Shown in pieces: positions 8,102 through 17,269 of a stretch of 64,000 bases of DNA. The notes under the pieces were generated by a model. It ran no database searches and was not told the origin of the DNA. It was given only the letters and a program-made list of their open reading frames with translations. The number at the start of each line of letters is the position of its first letter. Positions within the stretch are counted from its first letter, which is position 1. The position numbers and the translations under genes are program-made. Origin of the DNA: an uncultured Acidobacteriota bacterium (GTDB lineage: Bacteria > Acidobacteriota > Thermoanaerobaculia > Multivoradales > UBA5704); assembly GCA_963770895.1 (NCBI GenBank), contig CAVYRF010000001.1, positions 2,112,001 through 2,176,000 of the forward strand, written 5' to 3'.

Positions 8102-11100
8102 ATGCGCTCATCCCAACTCCTCCCCTGTAAAGCGCTCTCCTACCTCCTGCTTGCCCTGGTGGCACTGCCAACCGCGCTCGCCGCTCAGGGCCGCGTCACC
8201 GCGCAACCGGTGCCGCGGGTCAAGGCGGCGGTCGACGACCGCGACCGGGTGGTGATCGCCGGCCACGTGCTGCCGGTCGTGCGGCACGCCGCCGACGCCG
8301 GGCGGCTGCCGCAGACGACGGCGATGAACCACCTGATCATGGTGCTTCAGCCGAGCGTCGAGCAGGATCACGCGCTGGCCACGCTGCTTGACCAGCAGCT
8401 CGACCGCACCTCGGCCGTTTTCCACAAGTGGCTCACGCCGGAGCAGTTCGGAGCGCGGTTCGGGGTCCATGACGCCGACGTCGCCAAGGTCACCGGCTGG
8501 CTCGCGCAGCAGGGCTTCACGGTGGAGAAGGTGGCGAAGAGCAAGCGCTTCATCCAGTTCAGCGGCACGGTGAGGCAGGTCGAGACGGCCTTCCGCACCG
8601 AGATGCACTCCTTCGAGATCAACGGCCACCAGCGGGTGTCGAACAACGCCGACATCTCGGTGCCGGCGGCGCTGCGGCCGGTGATCGCCGGGGTGCCGAC
8701 GCTCAACAGCTTCTTCAAGCATGCCGACTTCATCGACGCGGGCACGGTGGAGGGCGCGCGGGTGCAGGCCGCGGTGGTGGAGGGGGCGGCGCCGCCCCCT
8801 CCGCCCGCGCTGGGCAAGCTCTACTTCGCAGACCCTTATCGCGGCGCCTTCAGCTCTCCCGACTACACCAACGGCACGACCCACTTCGTCGGCGCCGGCG
8901 ACTTCGCCACCATCTACAACACGACGCCGCTTTTGACCGCCGGCTTCGATGGCACCGGCATCTCGATCGGCATCATTGCCCGCACCGACATCAACCTGTC
9001 GGACGTGCAGATCTACCGCACGATGTTTGGCCTCAAACCGAACGACCCGACGTTCACCGTCGTCGGCGAGGACCCCGGTGTGGTTGCCGGCGACGACGGC
9101 GAGTCTTACCTCGACGCCGAGGTCTCGGGCGGCGCCGCGCCGGGCGCCCACATCAACTTCATCACCTCGCGCGCCACGCTGACCACCGACGGCGTCGACC
9201 TCTCGGCGCTGTATGCGGTCGACAACAACCTGACCGACATCATCAGCGAGAGCTACGGCCAGTGCGAAAACAACTTCTCGGCCACCGCCGAGTCGTTCTA
9301 CACCAACCTCTGGGGGCAGGCCGCCGCCCAGGGCATCACAGTGTTCCTTTCCTCCGGCGACAACGGGCCGGCGTCGTGCGACAACTCGAACAGCACCTTC
9401 GAATCCTTCGGCTACGCGGTCACCGGGCTCGGCTCGACGCCTTTCAACGTCGCGGTGGGCGGCACGCTCTTCGCCGACACCGCGGCCAACTGGAACGCGA
9501 CCGCCACCACCGCGCCGCCTTTCGCCTCGGCGCTCGGCTACATTCCCGAGGTGCCGTGGAACGAGGCCAAGAACAGCGGCGCCACCGGTGCCGCGGGGCT
9601 CTGGTCGGGCAGCGGCGGCATCAGCGCCTACTTCCCGCGCCCCTCGTGGCAGCACGGCTTCGGCGTACCGGCAAGCGACCCCGCCTATGCCGGCACCGGG
9701 GCATTCAGCTCGCCGGCCTCGCCTTTCGTGCCGGGCCCGCATCGCTACCTACCGGACGTGGCGATGGCGGCCGCGGCGCAGCACGACGGTACGCTCTACT
9801 GCGGTGAGGGCATCTGCCAGCTGACCACGACCGGCGCGCTGGGCAACGCCGGCATCGTCGGCGGCACGTCGGTTGCGGCCCCCAGCATGGCGGGCGTGCA
9901 GGCGCTCATCGACCAGGTCAACGGCGGGCGCCAGGGCATGGCCAACTACGTCTACTACACGCTGGCCGACAACCAGCACACGGCCGGCCTCAATTGCGCG
10001 TCGAACTCGGTGTCGCTCGATCCGACCTGCGCCTTCCGCGACATCACGACCGGCAACACCCTGATTTGCGCCAACTCCGCCTGCACCACGGCCAACAAGA
10101 TCGGCTGGACGGCGGGCGCCGGATACGACCTCGCAACCGGCCTGGGCTCGCCCAACGCGGCGCAGCTCGCCAACCTGTGGAGCACGGTCACCTTCCGCAG
10201 CTCGACCACGACGCTCGGCGCGACGCCGACGACCGGTCTCACCCACGGCCAGAGCGTGCTCATGACCGGCACCGTGGCGCCGGGCTCCGGCACCGGCGTC
10301 CCCACCGGCCAGGTGACCTTCATCCCGAGCACCGGCGCGCTCGGCGACCCGCCCGATCCCAACACCGGCGGCATGCTCAACCCGCCGCCGCTCGCGACGC
10401 TCGATGGCAGCGGCAACTATTCGATCTCGGTCACCAACCTGCCGGCGGGCACCTACAGCCTGGTGGCGCGCTATGGCGGCGATGCCACCTTCGCGGCCAG
10501 CACGTCGGCGCCGGTGACGGTGACAGTGGCTCCCGAGGCGGCGAACGTCACCATCGCGCCGAACGCCTTCAACGGCACGACGTGTGTCGAAACGGCGCAG
10601 ACCACCTTCACCTACGGCAGCTACATCTGGACGGACTTCACGGTTGCCGGCGCCTCGCTCCAGGGAGTGCCGACGGGCACGCTGGCCATCACCGACAACG
10701 GCAATCCGCTGACCACCGCCACGCTCAATGCTTCCGGGGTGGCGCACGTGCTGTCGGGTGCCATCCCCACGACGTCGTGCGTCAGCGGCTACACCTTCCA
10801 GGACGCGGCGCCGCTCGCCGTCGGCACGCACGCCCTGGGCGCCAGCTACTCGGGCGACGGCAGCTTCAACGCCGCGACCGCGTCGCCGGTCACGGTCACC
10901 ATCACCTTGGCGTCGGTGACCGGCGCGCTCACCACGAGCGCCACCACCATCGCCTCCGGCAGCTCGGTGCAGCTCACCCTGACCACCACTGCCATCTCCG
11001 GCGCCGGGCCGGGAACGCTGAGCCCGAGCGGCACGGCGACCTTCACCGACACCACCACCTCGACCGTGCTCGGCACCGCCGCGCTCACCGCCACCACCAC

Positions 11101-14100
11101 CGGCGCGGCGCGGGCCATCCTCACCACCACGGCGATCACCGCCGCCGGCGCCAACTCGGTCACCGCCAGCTGGTCCGCCGACACCAATTACAACGCCGGC
11201 ACCGCGACGTCGGCGGTGACTGTGACGGTGGCGACGGTCACCGCGACCAGCGTCGCGGTGACCTCCAACACCAATCCTTCGGTCATCGGCGGCCGGCCCA
11301 CCTTCACCGCGACGATGACCCCGACCACGGTGACCAGCGGCACGGTCAACTTCTTCGACGGCGGCGTCCTCTTGGGCAGCGGTACCGTCGGTGCGGCCCA
11401 CACCGCGACGTTCCGGCCTGCGGCGACGGTCAACCTGCCGGCCGGGGTCCACTCGATCACCGCGGTCTATGCCGGCAACGCGACGTTCGCGAGCAGCGTT
11501 TCGCCGGTCTTCTCGCAAACCTTCACGCAGTCGGCGACGACGATCGCGCTCACCGTCAAGACCAACGGCACCTGGCATCAGACGTTCGCGTTCAGCGGCG
11601 TCCTGGGGACAACCCTGGCCGCCACGCCGCCGTCGGGGACGATCCAGTTCCTGGACGGAGGAACTCCCCTCGGCTCGCCGCAGCCCATGGCCACGGTGGC
11701 CACGGCGAGCGGCGGCTTCGGGCTCTTCCAGGCGTCGTTCTATACCCCGCTGACCGCCGGCACGCATACCATCACCGCGACGCTCGCCGATTCCAACTAC
11801 ACGGCGGCGACGTCGAACTCCCAGACCATCACGGTCGCCAAGGCCAACCCGACGTTCTCCGCCGTGACCGGCGGCGGCACGTTCACCTACAACGGCAGCC
11901 CGCATGCGCTCGCCGGCACGGCCACCGGCGCCAACAGCGAGAGCCTGCCGGTGACGGTCAGCTACTCGGGCACCGGCGCGACGACGTACGGGCCGACCGC
12001 CGCGGCGCCTTCCGGCGCCGGCACCTACGCCGGGACGCTGTCGACGGCCGGCGACGCCAACAACAACTCGGGCAACGCAAGCCCGGCCGCGATCACCATC
12101 AACAAGGCGACGCCGGCGTTCTCCGCCGTGACCGGCGGCGGCACCTTCACCTACAACGGCAGCCCGCATGCGCTCGCCGCCACGGCGACGGGCGGCGGCG
12201 GCGAAAGCCTCGCCGTGACGTTCAGCTACACCGGCACCGGCGCGACGACGTACGGGCCGACTTCCACGGCGCCTGTGGCCGCCGGCACCTATTCGGGGAC
12301 GGCTTCGACGGCCGGCGACGCCAACAACAACTCGGGCAACGCAAGCCCGGCCGCGATCACCATCAACAAGGCGACGCCGGCGTTCTCCGCCGTGACCGGC
12401 GGCGGCACCTTCACCTACAACGGGACCGCCCGCCCAATCACCGCCACGGCGACGGGCGGCGGCGGCGAAAGCCTCGCCGTGACGTTCAGCTACAGCGGCA
12501 CCGGCGCGACCACCTACGGGCCGACCGCCACGGCGCCTTCCGGCGCCGGCACCTATGCAGGGACGGCCTCGACGGCCGGCAACACCAACAACACCTCGGC
12601 CAACGCCACGCCGGCCGCGATCACCATCAACAAAGCCACCCCGACCCTCTCCGCCACGGGCGGCTCGTTCGGCTTCGACGGCAACCCGCATGGGGGCTCC
12701 GGCACGGCCACCGGCGGCGCCGGCGAGACGCTGCCCGTGACGCTCAGCTACAGCGGCACCGGTTCGACCACGTACGGGCCGACCGCCACCGCGCCGTCGG
12801 GCGCCGGCACCTACGCTGTGACGGCCTCGACGGTGGGGGATGCCAACAACACCAGCGGCAGCTCGACGCCGGCAAGCCTCTCGATCGGCAAGGCCACCTC
12901 GTCGATCAGCGCCACCGGCGGCACCTTCACCTACGACGGCAACCCGCACGGCGGCACCGGTTCGGCCACCGGCGGCATCGGTGAGACCGAGACGGTGACG
13001 TACAGCTACAGCGGCACCGGCGCCACCACCTACGGGCCGACGGCCACGGCACCGACCAACGCCGGCACCTACCAGGTCGTCGCACACACCGACGGCGACA
13101 CCAACAGCGCCGCCGCCGACTCGACTGCGGCCGCGATCACCATCAACAAGGCCAACTCGATGGTTACCGCCACGGGCGGCTCCTTCGCCTTCGACGGCAA
13201 TCCGCACGGCGGCAGCGGCACTGCGACCGGCGGCGCCGGCGAGGCGCTGCCCGTGACGCTCAGCTACAGCGGCACCGGCTCGACGACGTACGGGCCGACC
13301 TCGGCGGCACCCTCGGCCGCCGGCTCCTATGCGGTGACCGCCTCGACGGTGGGCAACGCCAACAACAACGCCGGCAGCTCGACGCCGGCGGCCCTCGCGA
13401 TCGGCAAGGCCACCTCGTCGATCAGCGCCACCGGCGGCACCTTCACCTACGACGGCAGCCAGCACGGCGGCGGCGGCTCGGCCACCGGCGGCACCGGCGA
13501 GACCGAGACGGTGACGTTCAGCTACACCGGCACGGGCGCCACCATCTACGGGCCCACGGCCACGGCGCCGACCAACGCCGGCACCTACCAGGTCGTCGCG
13601 CACACCGCCGGCGACGCCAACAGCGCCGCCGCCGACTCGACTGCGGCCGCGATCACCATCAACCAGGCGGCGGCCACGGTTTCGGTGACCGGCTTCTGCA
13701 CGGCGTTCGACGGCACGGCGCACACGGCGCTGGGCACGGCGACGGGCGTGCTGAGCGCAAGCCTTACCGGGCTCGACCTTTCCGCGACGACGCACACCGC
13801 GCCGGGGACCTACAACGGCGACGCGTGGGCTTTCAGCAACACCAACTACGTCAGCCAGAACGGCGCGGTCGACGACGCCATCGTCGGCTCGGTGATCGCC
13901 GCCGCCAGCCACGTCGACCCGGGATCTCCTGACAACGTCGCCACGGTGCCTGATTCCGGCACCGGCGCGACCTACGCCTGGACGATCACCGGCGGCGCAA
14001 TCACCGGTGGCAGCGGCACGCCCAGCGTCACCTTCACCGCCGGCGACAGCGCCTCGGTGCAGCTCTCCGTGACCGTGACCACGACCACCGGGTGCGCCAA

Positions 14101-14233
14101 GACCGGCAACCTCACCATCCCCGTGGGGGCGGCGATCGCGCAGGTCCCGACGCTCGGCTCACTGGGTCTCCTGCTGCTGGGGATCCTGCTGGCCGCGGCC
14201 GCCCTGGTGGCGCTGCGGCCGCGGCGGGCCTAG
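8102..14233 (+). CDS. Secreted S53 (sedolisin/kumamolisin) protease with pro-domain, Ig-like and MBG-like repeats and IPTL-CTERM-type anchor
   Basis: Signal peptide; pro-domain FHKWLTPEQFGARFG; catalytic ESYLD, SSGDNG, GGTSVAAP; GYDLATGLGSP; C-terminus VPTLGSLGLLLLGILLAAAALVALRPRR. Confidence 0.92.
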   Translation: MRSSQLLPCKALSYLLLALVALPTALAAQGRVTAQPVPRVKAAVDDRDRVVIAGHVLPVVRHAADAGRLPQTTAMNHLIMVLQPSVEQDHALATLLDQQLDRTSAVFHKWLTPEQFGARFGVHDADVAKVTGWLAQQGFTVEKVAKSKRFIQFSGTVRQVETAFRTEMHSFEINGHQRVSNNADISVPAALRPVIAGVPTLNSFFKHADFIDAGTVEGARVQAAVVEGAAPPPPPALGKLYFADPYRGAFSSPDYTNGTTHFVGAGDFATIYNTTPLLTAGFDGTGISIGIIARTDINLSDVQIYRTMFGLKPNDPTFTVVGEDPGVVAGDDGESYLDAEVSGGAAPGAHINFITSRATLTTDGVDLSALYAVDNNLTDIISESYGQCENNFSATAESFYTNLWGQAAAQGITVFLSSGDNGPASCDNSNSTFESFGYAVTGLGSTPFNVAVGGTLFADTAANWNATATTAPPFASALGYIPEVPWNEAKNSGATGAAGLWSGSGGISAYFPRPSWQHGFGVPASDPAYAGTGAFSSPASPFVPGPHRYLPDVAMAAAAQHDGTLYCGEGICQLTTTGALGNAGIVGGTSVAAPSMAGVQALIDQVNGGRQGMANYVYYTLADNQHTAGLNCASNSVSLDPTCAFRDITTGNTLICANSACTTANKIGWTAGAGYDLATGLGSPNAAQLANLWSTVTFRSSTTTLGATPTTGLTHGQSVLMTGTVAPGSGTGVPTGQVTFIPSTGALGDPPDPNTGGMLNPPPLATLDGSGNYSISVTNLPAGTYSLVARYGGDATFAASTSAPVTVTVAPEAANVTIAPNAFNGTTCVETAQTTFTYGSYIWTDFTVAGASLQGVPTGTLAITDNGNPLTTATLNASGVAHVLSGAIPTTSCVSGYTFQDAAPLAVGTHALGASYSGDGSFNAATASPVTVTITLASVTGALTTSATTIASGSSVQLTLTTTAISGAGPGTLSPSGTATFTDTTTSTVLGTAALTATTTGAARAILTTTAITAAGANSVTASWSADTNYNAGTATSAVTVTVATVTATSVAVTSNTNPSVIGGRPTFTATMTPTTVTSGTVNFFDGGVLLGSGTVGAAHTATFRPAATVNLPAGVHSITAVYAGNATFASSVSPVFSQTFTQSATTIALTVKTNGTWHQTFAFSGVLGTTLAATPPSGTIQFLDGGTPLGSPQPMATVATASGGFGLFQASFYTPLTAGTHTITATLADSNYTAATSNSQTITVAKANPTFSAVTGGGTFTYNGSPHALAGTATGANSESLPVTVSYSGTGATTYGPTAAAPSGAGTYAGTLSTAGDANNNSGNASPAAITINKATPAFSAVTGGGTFTYNGSPHALAATATGGGGESLAVTFSYTGTGATTYGPTSTAPVAAGTYSGTASTAGDANNNSGNASPAAITINKATPAFSAVTGGGTFTYNGTARPITATATGGGGESLAVTFSYSGTGATTYGPTATAPSGAGTYAGTASTAGNTNNTSANATPAAITINKATPTLSATGGSFGFDGNPHGGSGTATGGAGETLPVTLSYSGTGSTTYGPTATAPSGAGTYAVTASTVGDANNTSGSSTPASLSIGKATSSISATGGTFTYDGNPHGGTGSATGGIGETETVTYSYSGTGATTYGPTATAPTNAGTYQVVAHTDGDTNSAAADSTAAAITINKANSMVTATGGSFAFDGNPHGGSGTATGGAGEALPVTLSYSGTGSTTYGPTSAAPSAAGSYAVTASTVGNANNNAGSSTPAALAIGKATSSISATGGTFTYDGSQHGGGGSATGGTGETETVTFSYTGTGATIYGPTATAPTNAGTYQVVAHTAGDANSAAADSTAAAITINQAAATVSVTGFCTAFDGTAHTALGTATGVLSASLTGLDLSATTHTAPGTYNGDAWAFSNTNYVSQNGAVDDAIVGSVIAAASHVDPGSPDNVATVPDSGTGATYAWTITGGAITGGSGTPSVTFTAGDSASVQLSVTVTTTTGCAKTGNLTIPVGAAIAQVPTLGSLGLLLLGILLAAAALVALRPRRA
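11840..13663 (+). repeat. Seven tandem 258-264 bp MBG-like domain repeats
   Basis: Units start at 11840, 12104, 12368, 12632, 12890, 13148, 13406 (KA..ATGG.FTYDG.PH...YGPTA.AP..AGTY); a divergent eighth starts at 13664. Confidence 0.9.
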
Positions 14234-14260
14234 AGGGCCGCAGCTGCAGGCAGGTAGCGC

Positions 14261-14294
14261 AAAAGCCCGCCCTTTGGGGCGGGCTTCGTTTTTC
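14261..14294 (+). terminator. Rho-independent terminator
   Basis: aagcccgccc-tttg-gggcgggctt stem-loop followed by cgtttttc, ~30 nt after the protease stop. Confidence 0.85.
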
Positions 14295-14455
14295 TGCGCC
14301 GAAGGTACCTGGCCGACAGCTCGTCGGCGTATACTGAAACCAAGGGGGTCGCTCGCCGTTCGGGCGGACCTGGGATAAAGGCCCTCGGAGAAGTACGCGA
14401 CTCATTGCGGAGATGGGCTCCGCGGTCGTTCGGGCCGTCAGGGAGAGGGAACCGA

Positions 14456-14629
14456 ATGCGTAAGAACGTCAGGCCGCTCGCGCTTCACCGAGAGACCCTG
14501 CGCTGCTTGATCGAAAACGACCTCGCTCGCGTCCAGGGAGCTGCCTCGAACACTAACTGCAACAACACCGGGGCCCTCTGCTGCAGCATCCGGGTCCCCT
14601 GCCCGACGACGCCGCCTCCCACTGAGTAA
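14456..14629 (+). CDS. RiPP (lanthipeptide-like) precursor peptide, 57 aa
   Basis: Purine-rich RBS (ggagagggaa). Leader MRKNVRPLALHRETLRCL...LARVQGA; Ser/Thr/Cys-rich core ASNTNCNNTGALCCSIRVPCPTTPPPTE. Confidence 0.72.
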   Translation: MRKNVRPLALHRETLRCLIENDLARVQGAASNTNCNNTGALCCSIRVPCPTTPPPTE

Positions 14630-14952
14630 GCCCGACCGCGTCCTCTCCGTGGATCCGGTTGGAATGGTGGCCGGCGCAGGCGTATGAAGCTTCCGATGTG
14701 ACAGGGCAGCGGCATGCTGCGGCCCTGGCGCGCGGCTGAGGGGCTGGGTTCCGCGGCGGCGAGCGCCCGCAAGGCGATCTGATTGGTGAAGCCGTGGGTG
14801 ATCCCATGTTCCGACTGCAGGTACTTGACGATCTCGCCGTGCTTGGCGAGTCCGGTCGAGGCCACGATCCTGAGCCACTCGTCAAGAGGTTTGCCTGTCT
14901 TTTCGGGAAGATTCGCCATCATGGCCGCCAAGGTTTCTTCCGGTGTCGGCAT
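14485..14952 (-). pseudogene. DUF4287 domain protein, probably truncated
   Basis: AGGAG RBS; NLPEKTGKPLDEW...KHGEIVKYLQSEHGITHGFTNQI. After ~70 aa the frame reads as non-protein-like and runs antisense into the peptide gene. Confidence 0.65.
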
Positions 14953-14986
14953 AGGCTCCTTTCATCAGCGAGGTCGGCTGCGAGCA

Positions 14987-15574
14987 TCAATCGGCAGGGT
15001 GCTCCTGCATGTTCTTTTCGATCCGGCGGTCGGGGAGGAACCACATGATAGGGACGATCACGTAGCAGGCGATGGCGGCCCAGGGGTAGGTGAAGGCGAA
15101 GGCCAGCGCAATCAGGTAGACGAAAAGCGACAGGGAACCTTTCTGATCGCTGCCGATAGCGTTGGCGAGGAGGGATTCGCGGCCGTGGAGGCCGATCAGG
15201 GCGCGGGTCAGGATTGTGTAAGCGATGGCGGCGCAGAACATGTCGGCGCCGTAGAGGGCAAGCGGCCAGGGAGCCAGCGGGTGGGCTCCCGCCCAGGCGG
15301 TCGCGAAAGGGATGAGCGACAGCCAGAACAGCAGGTTCAGGTTGGCCCACAGGATGGTGCCCGACACGTGCTGCGCGGCCTGCAGCAGGTGATGGTGATT
15401 GTTCCAATAGATGCCCAGGTAGACGAAGCTCAGCAGGTAGGCGCAGAAGACCGGCACCAGGGGCTTGAGCGCCGCGGGGCCGGCACCGGCCGGTGTCGGC
15501 AGCTGCAGGACCATGATGGTGATGATGATGGCGAGCACGCCATCGCTGAAAGCTTCCAACCGCCCCTTGCTCAT
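14987..15574 (-). CDS. TMEM175 (DUF1211) family potassium channel
   Basis: RLEAFSDGVLAIIITIMVL and YWNNHH signatures; six TM helices. Confidence 0.93.
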   Translation of the reverse strand: MSKGRLEAFSDGVLAIIITIMVLQLPTPAGAGPAALKPLVPVFCAYLLSFVYLGIYWNNHHHLLQAAQHVSGTILWANLNLLFWLSLIPFATAWAGAHPLAPWPLALYGADMFCAAIAYTILTRALIGLHGRESLLANAIGSDQKGSLSLFVYLIALAFAFTYPWAAIACYVIVPIMWFLPDRRIEKNMQEHPAD

Positions 15575-15851
15575 TGTCCTCGAGTCCTTTCGCGCGCGGT
15601 GTGAGGATGGTCGAGCGAGTCTAAGGCATCCGGCAGCCTCCGCGGCCGGGAGGACGCGGCCGCGCCTACGTCGCGCCGCGCGCGCTGGGAGTCGTGGCCA
15701 CGGCCGCGGCGGGCGGCCGCCGTCACCTCGACCTGCGCATCAGCCAGGCGGGTACGCTGCTACCAGACGGCAGAGCGAGAGCCGGCGCCCACTCTATACT
15801 GGAGACACTGAACAGCGCCTTGAATGGCAAGCGGCAGGGGAGGAAGCGACC

Positions 15852-17054
15852 ATGCGCGTACGTCGAAGCCAGCTGGGAATCTACTGTGGGATCTTGCTCT
15901 GCCTGGCGCCCGGGGCGGCCAGGGCACAGCTGTTTGCGGTGACGACACTCGCCAGCCCGACGCCCACCGCGTCGATCTCCGCGGCGCTGCTGCTGAGCGA
16001 CGGCAACCAGGCGCTGACGGCGCCGACCTTCGTCACCGGCTTGGCGGGTACCGAGATCCTGCGCAGCCTGGCGAGCAATCCGCTGACCGCCGACGTGGTA
16101 TCGATCGCCACTTCCGTAGGTGGCTCGCAGCTGGTGCATGTCGATCTGCAGCACGGCACGATCACGCCATTCGGGCCGCCGCTGACGATCAACCTGGTCA
16201 GCTTGGCCTTCAACAGCAAGGGGCAGCTGTTCGGCTTTGCGCTGTGCGACAAGACCTATACCAACCAGCTGTTCCAGATCGATCCGGCGAGCGGCGACAT
16301 CACCGGGGCGCTAGGCAGCCTTGACGCCGCCCAGGTCGGATCGTGCGGCATGCTGACGCTGGGGGCGGCGATCGCCATCGACCCGGCGACCGACGTGCTG
16401 TACCTCGCCTCGGTCGATGCGTACGGCATCCTGTTCGTCGACAGCTTCAACCCACTGCTCACGCCCACCACGCAGTACACGGACCCCTTCCTGATTGCTC
16501 CTGTACCGACCGCCGCGACCATCATCAACGGCCAGATTTGGATAGCGACGACCCTCACCCAATTCGGGCCAGGCGCCGGCTTTCTGACCTTCAGCACCAC
16601 GGGGTCCGGGTCCGGCACCCAGCTGGCCTCGGGCGGAGCGGCCTATCGGGCGCTGTCGTTCGACAACAACGCACCGGTCTACGGCCTGCTGGCCATCCAA
16701 TCGGCGTGCGTGCCCTCGGCCAACGTCGCTTGCCTGTACAACCGCTTCAAGGTCGAGGCCACCTACGACGCCACCCCCAATAGCGGCAAGGGGCCGGCCA
16801 CCGTGCTGCTGGAAAGCCAGCAGAGCGTCAAGTTCAGCTTCTTTGACCCCGGCAACGTCGAGATGATCCTGAAGATCCTCAACGCCTGCGTCGCCCCCTA
16901 CAACAAGTGGTGGGTGTCGGGCGCCGGCCTGACCAACGTCGGCGTCTCGATCACCGTCACAGACACCCAGACCGGCAAGGTAAAGACCTATTCCAACCCC
17001 AAGAACCAACTGTTCCAGACCTTCTTCGACACCGCCGCCTTCGACTGCCCGTGA
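15852..17054 (+). CDS. Secreted beta-propeller-like protein with Cys-bracketed C-terminal domain
   Basis: GGAGG RBS, signal peptide ending ARA, propeller-like blades (LAFNSKGQLFG, IAIDPATDVLY), tail CVPSANVACLYNRFKV...FSFFDPGNVEMILKILNAC...DTAAFDCP. Confidence 0.8.
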   Translation: MRVRRSQLGIYCGILLCLAPGAARAQLFAVTTLASPTPTASISAALLLSDGNQALTAPTFVTGLAGTEILRSLASNPLTADVVSIATSVGGSQLVHVDLQHGTITPFGPPLTINLVSLAFNSKGQLFGFALCDKTYTNQLFQIDPASGDITGALGSLDAAQVGSCGMLTLGAAIAIDPATDVLYLASVDAYGILFVDSFNPLLTPTTQYTDPFLIAPVPTAATIINGQIWIATTLTQFGPGAGFLTFSTTGSGSGTQLASGGAAYRALSFDNNAPVYGLLAIQSACVPSANVACLYNRFKVEATYDATPNSGKGPATVLLESQQSVKFSFFDPGNVEMILKILNACVAPYNKWWVSGAGLTNVGVSITVTDTQTGKVKTYSNPKNQLFQTFFDTAAFDCP

Positions 17055-17070
17055 GGCCGCGCCCTCTGGC

Positions 17071-17154
17071 CACGCCGCGCGGCGTCTTGCACGCTCGTCA
17101 GCACAAAGTCGGTCACGCTCTGTCCCTGCAGGGTGGCTGCCCGCTCGATCAGGC
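17071..17154 (+). repeat. 84-bp direct repeat, copy 2
   Basis: Matches 7753-7836 with one C/T difference. Confidence 0.93.
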
Positions 17155-17242
17155 TCTTCCGCTCTGCGGTGACGCGCGCCTCCAGGCGCTCTGCGCGTAT
17201 GCTCTGAGCTCCGCCTCGCCGGTCGCCTGATGCATCCGGCAC
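17071..17242 (-). pseudogene. DUF1778 antitoxin, 5' fragment
   Basis: RAERLEARVTAERKSLIERAATLQGQSVTDFVLTSVQDAARR, then similarity breaks at 17071. Confidence 0.85.
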
Positions 17243-17269
17243 GACGGGGAGTGCCGAGCGCGGCAAAGG

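Noticed and set aside
11840-13663. Near-identical repeats as a DGR template/variable pair
   Set aside because: No reverse transcriptase, differences are not adenine-specific, and all copies are coding domains.
9749-13912. Very long antisense or alternate-frame ORFs (also 37168-42801, 46670-50224, 50366-56437, 54589-58662, 60385-63873)
   Set aside because: Shadow ORFs of high-GC3 genes: Arg/Gly/Ala-rich, no motifs, fully overlapping well-supported CDSs.
7837-17070. Calling the repeat-flanked segment a mobile element
   Set aside because: No integrase, transposase, terminal inverted repeats or tRNA target; kept only as a finding with alternative explanations.
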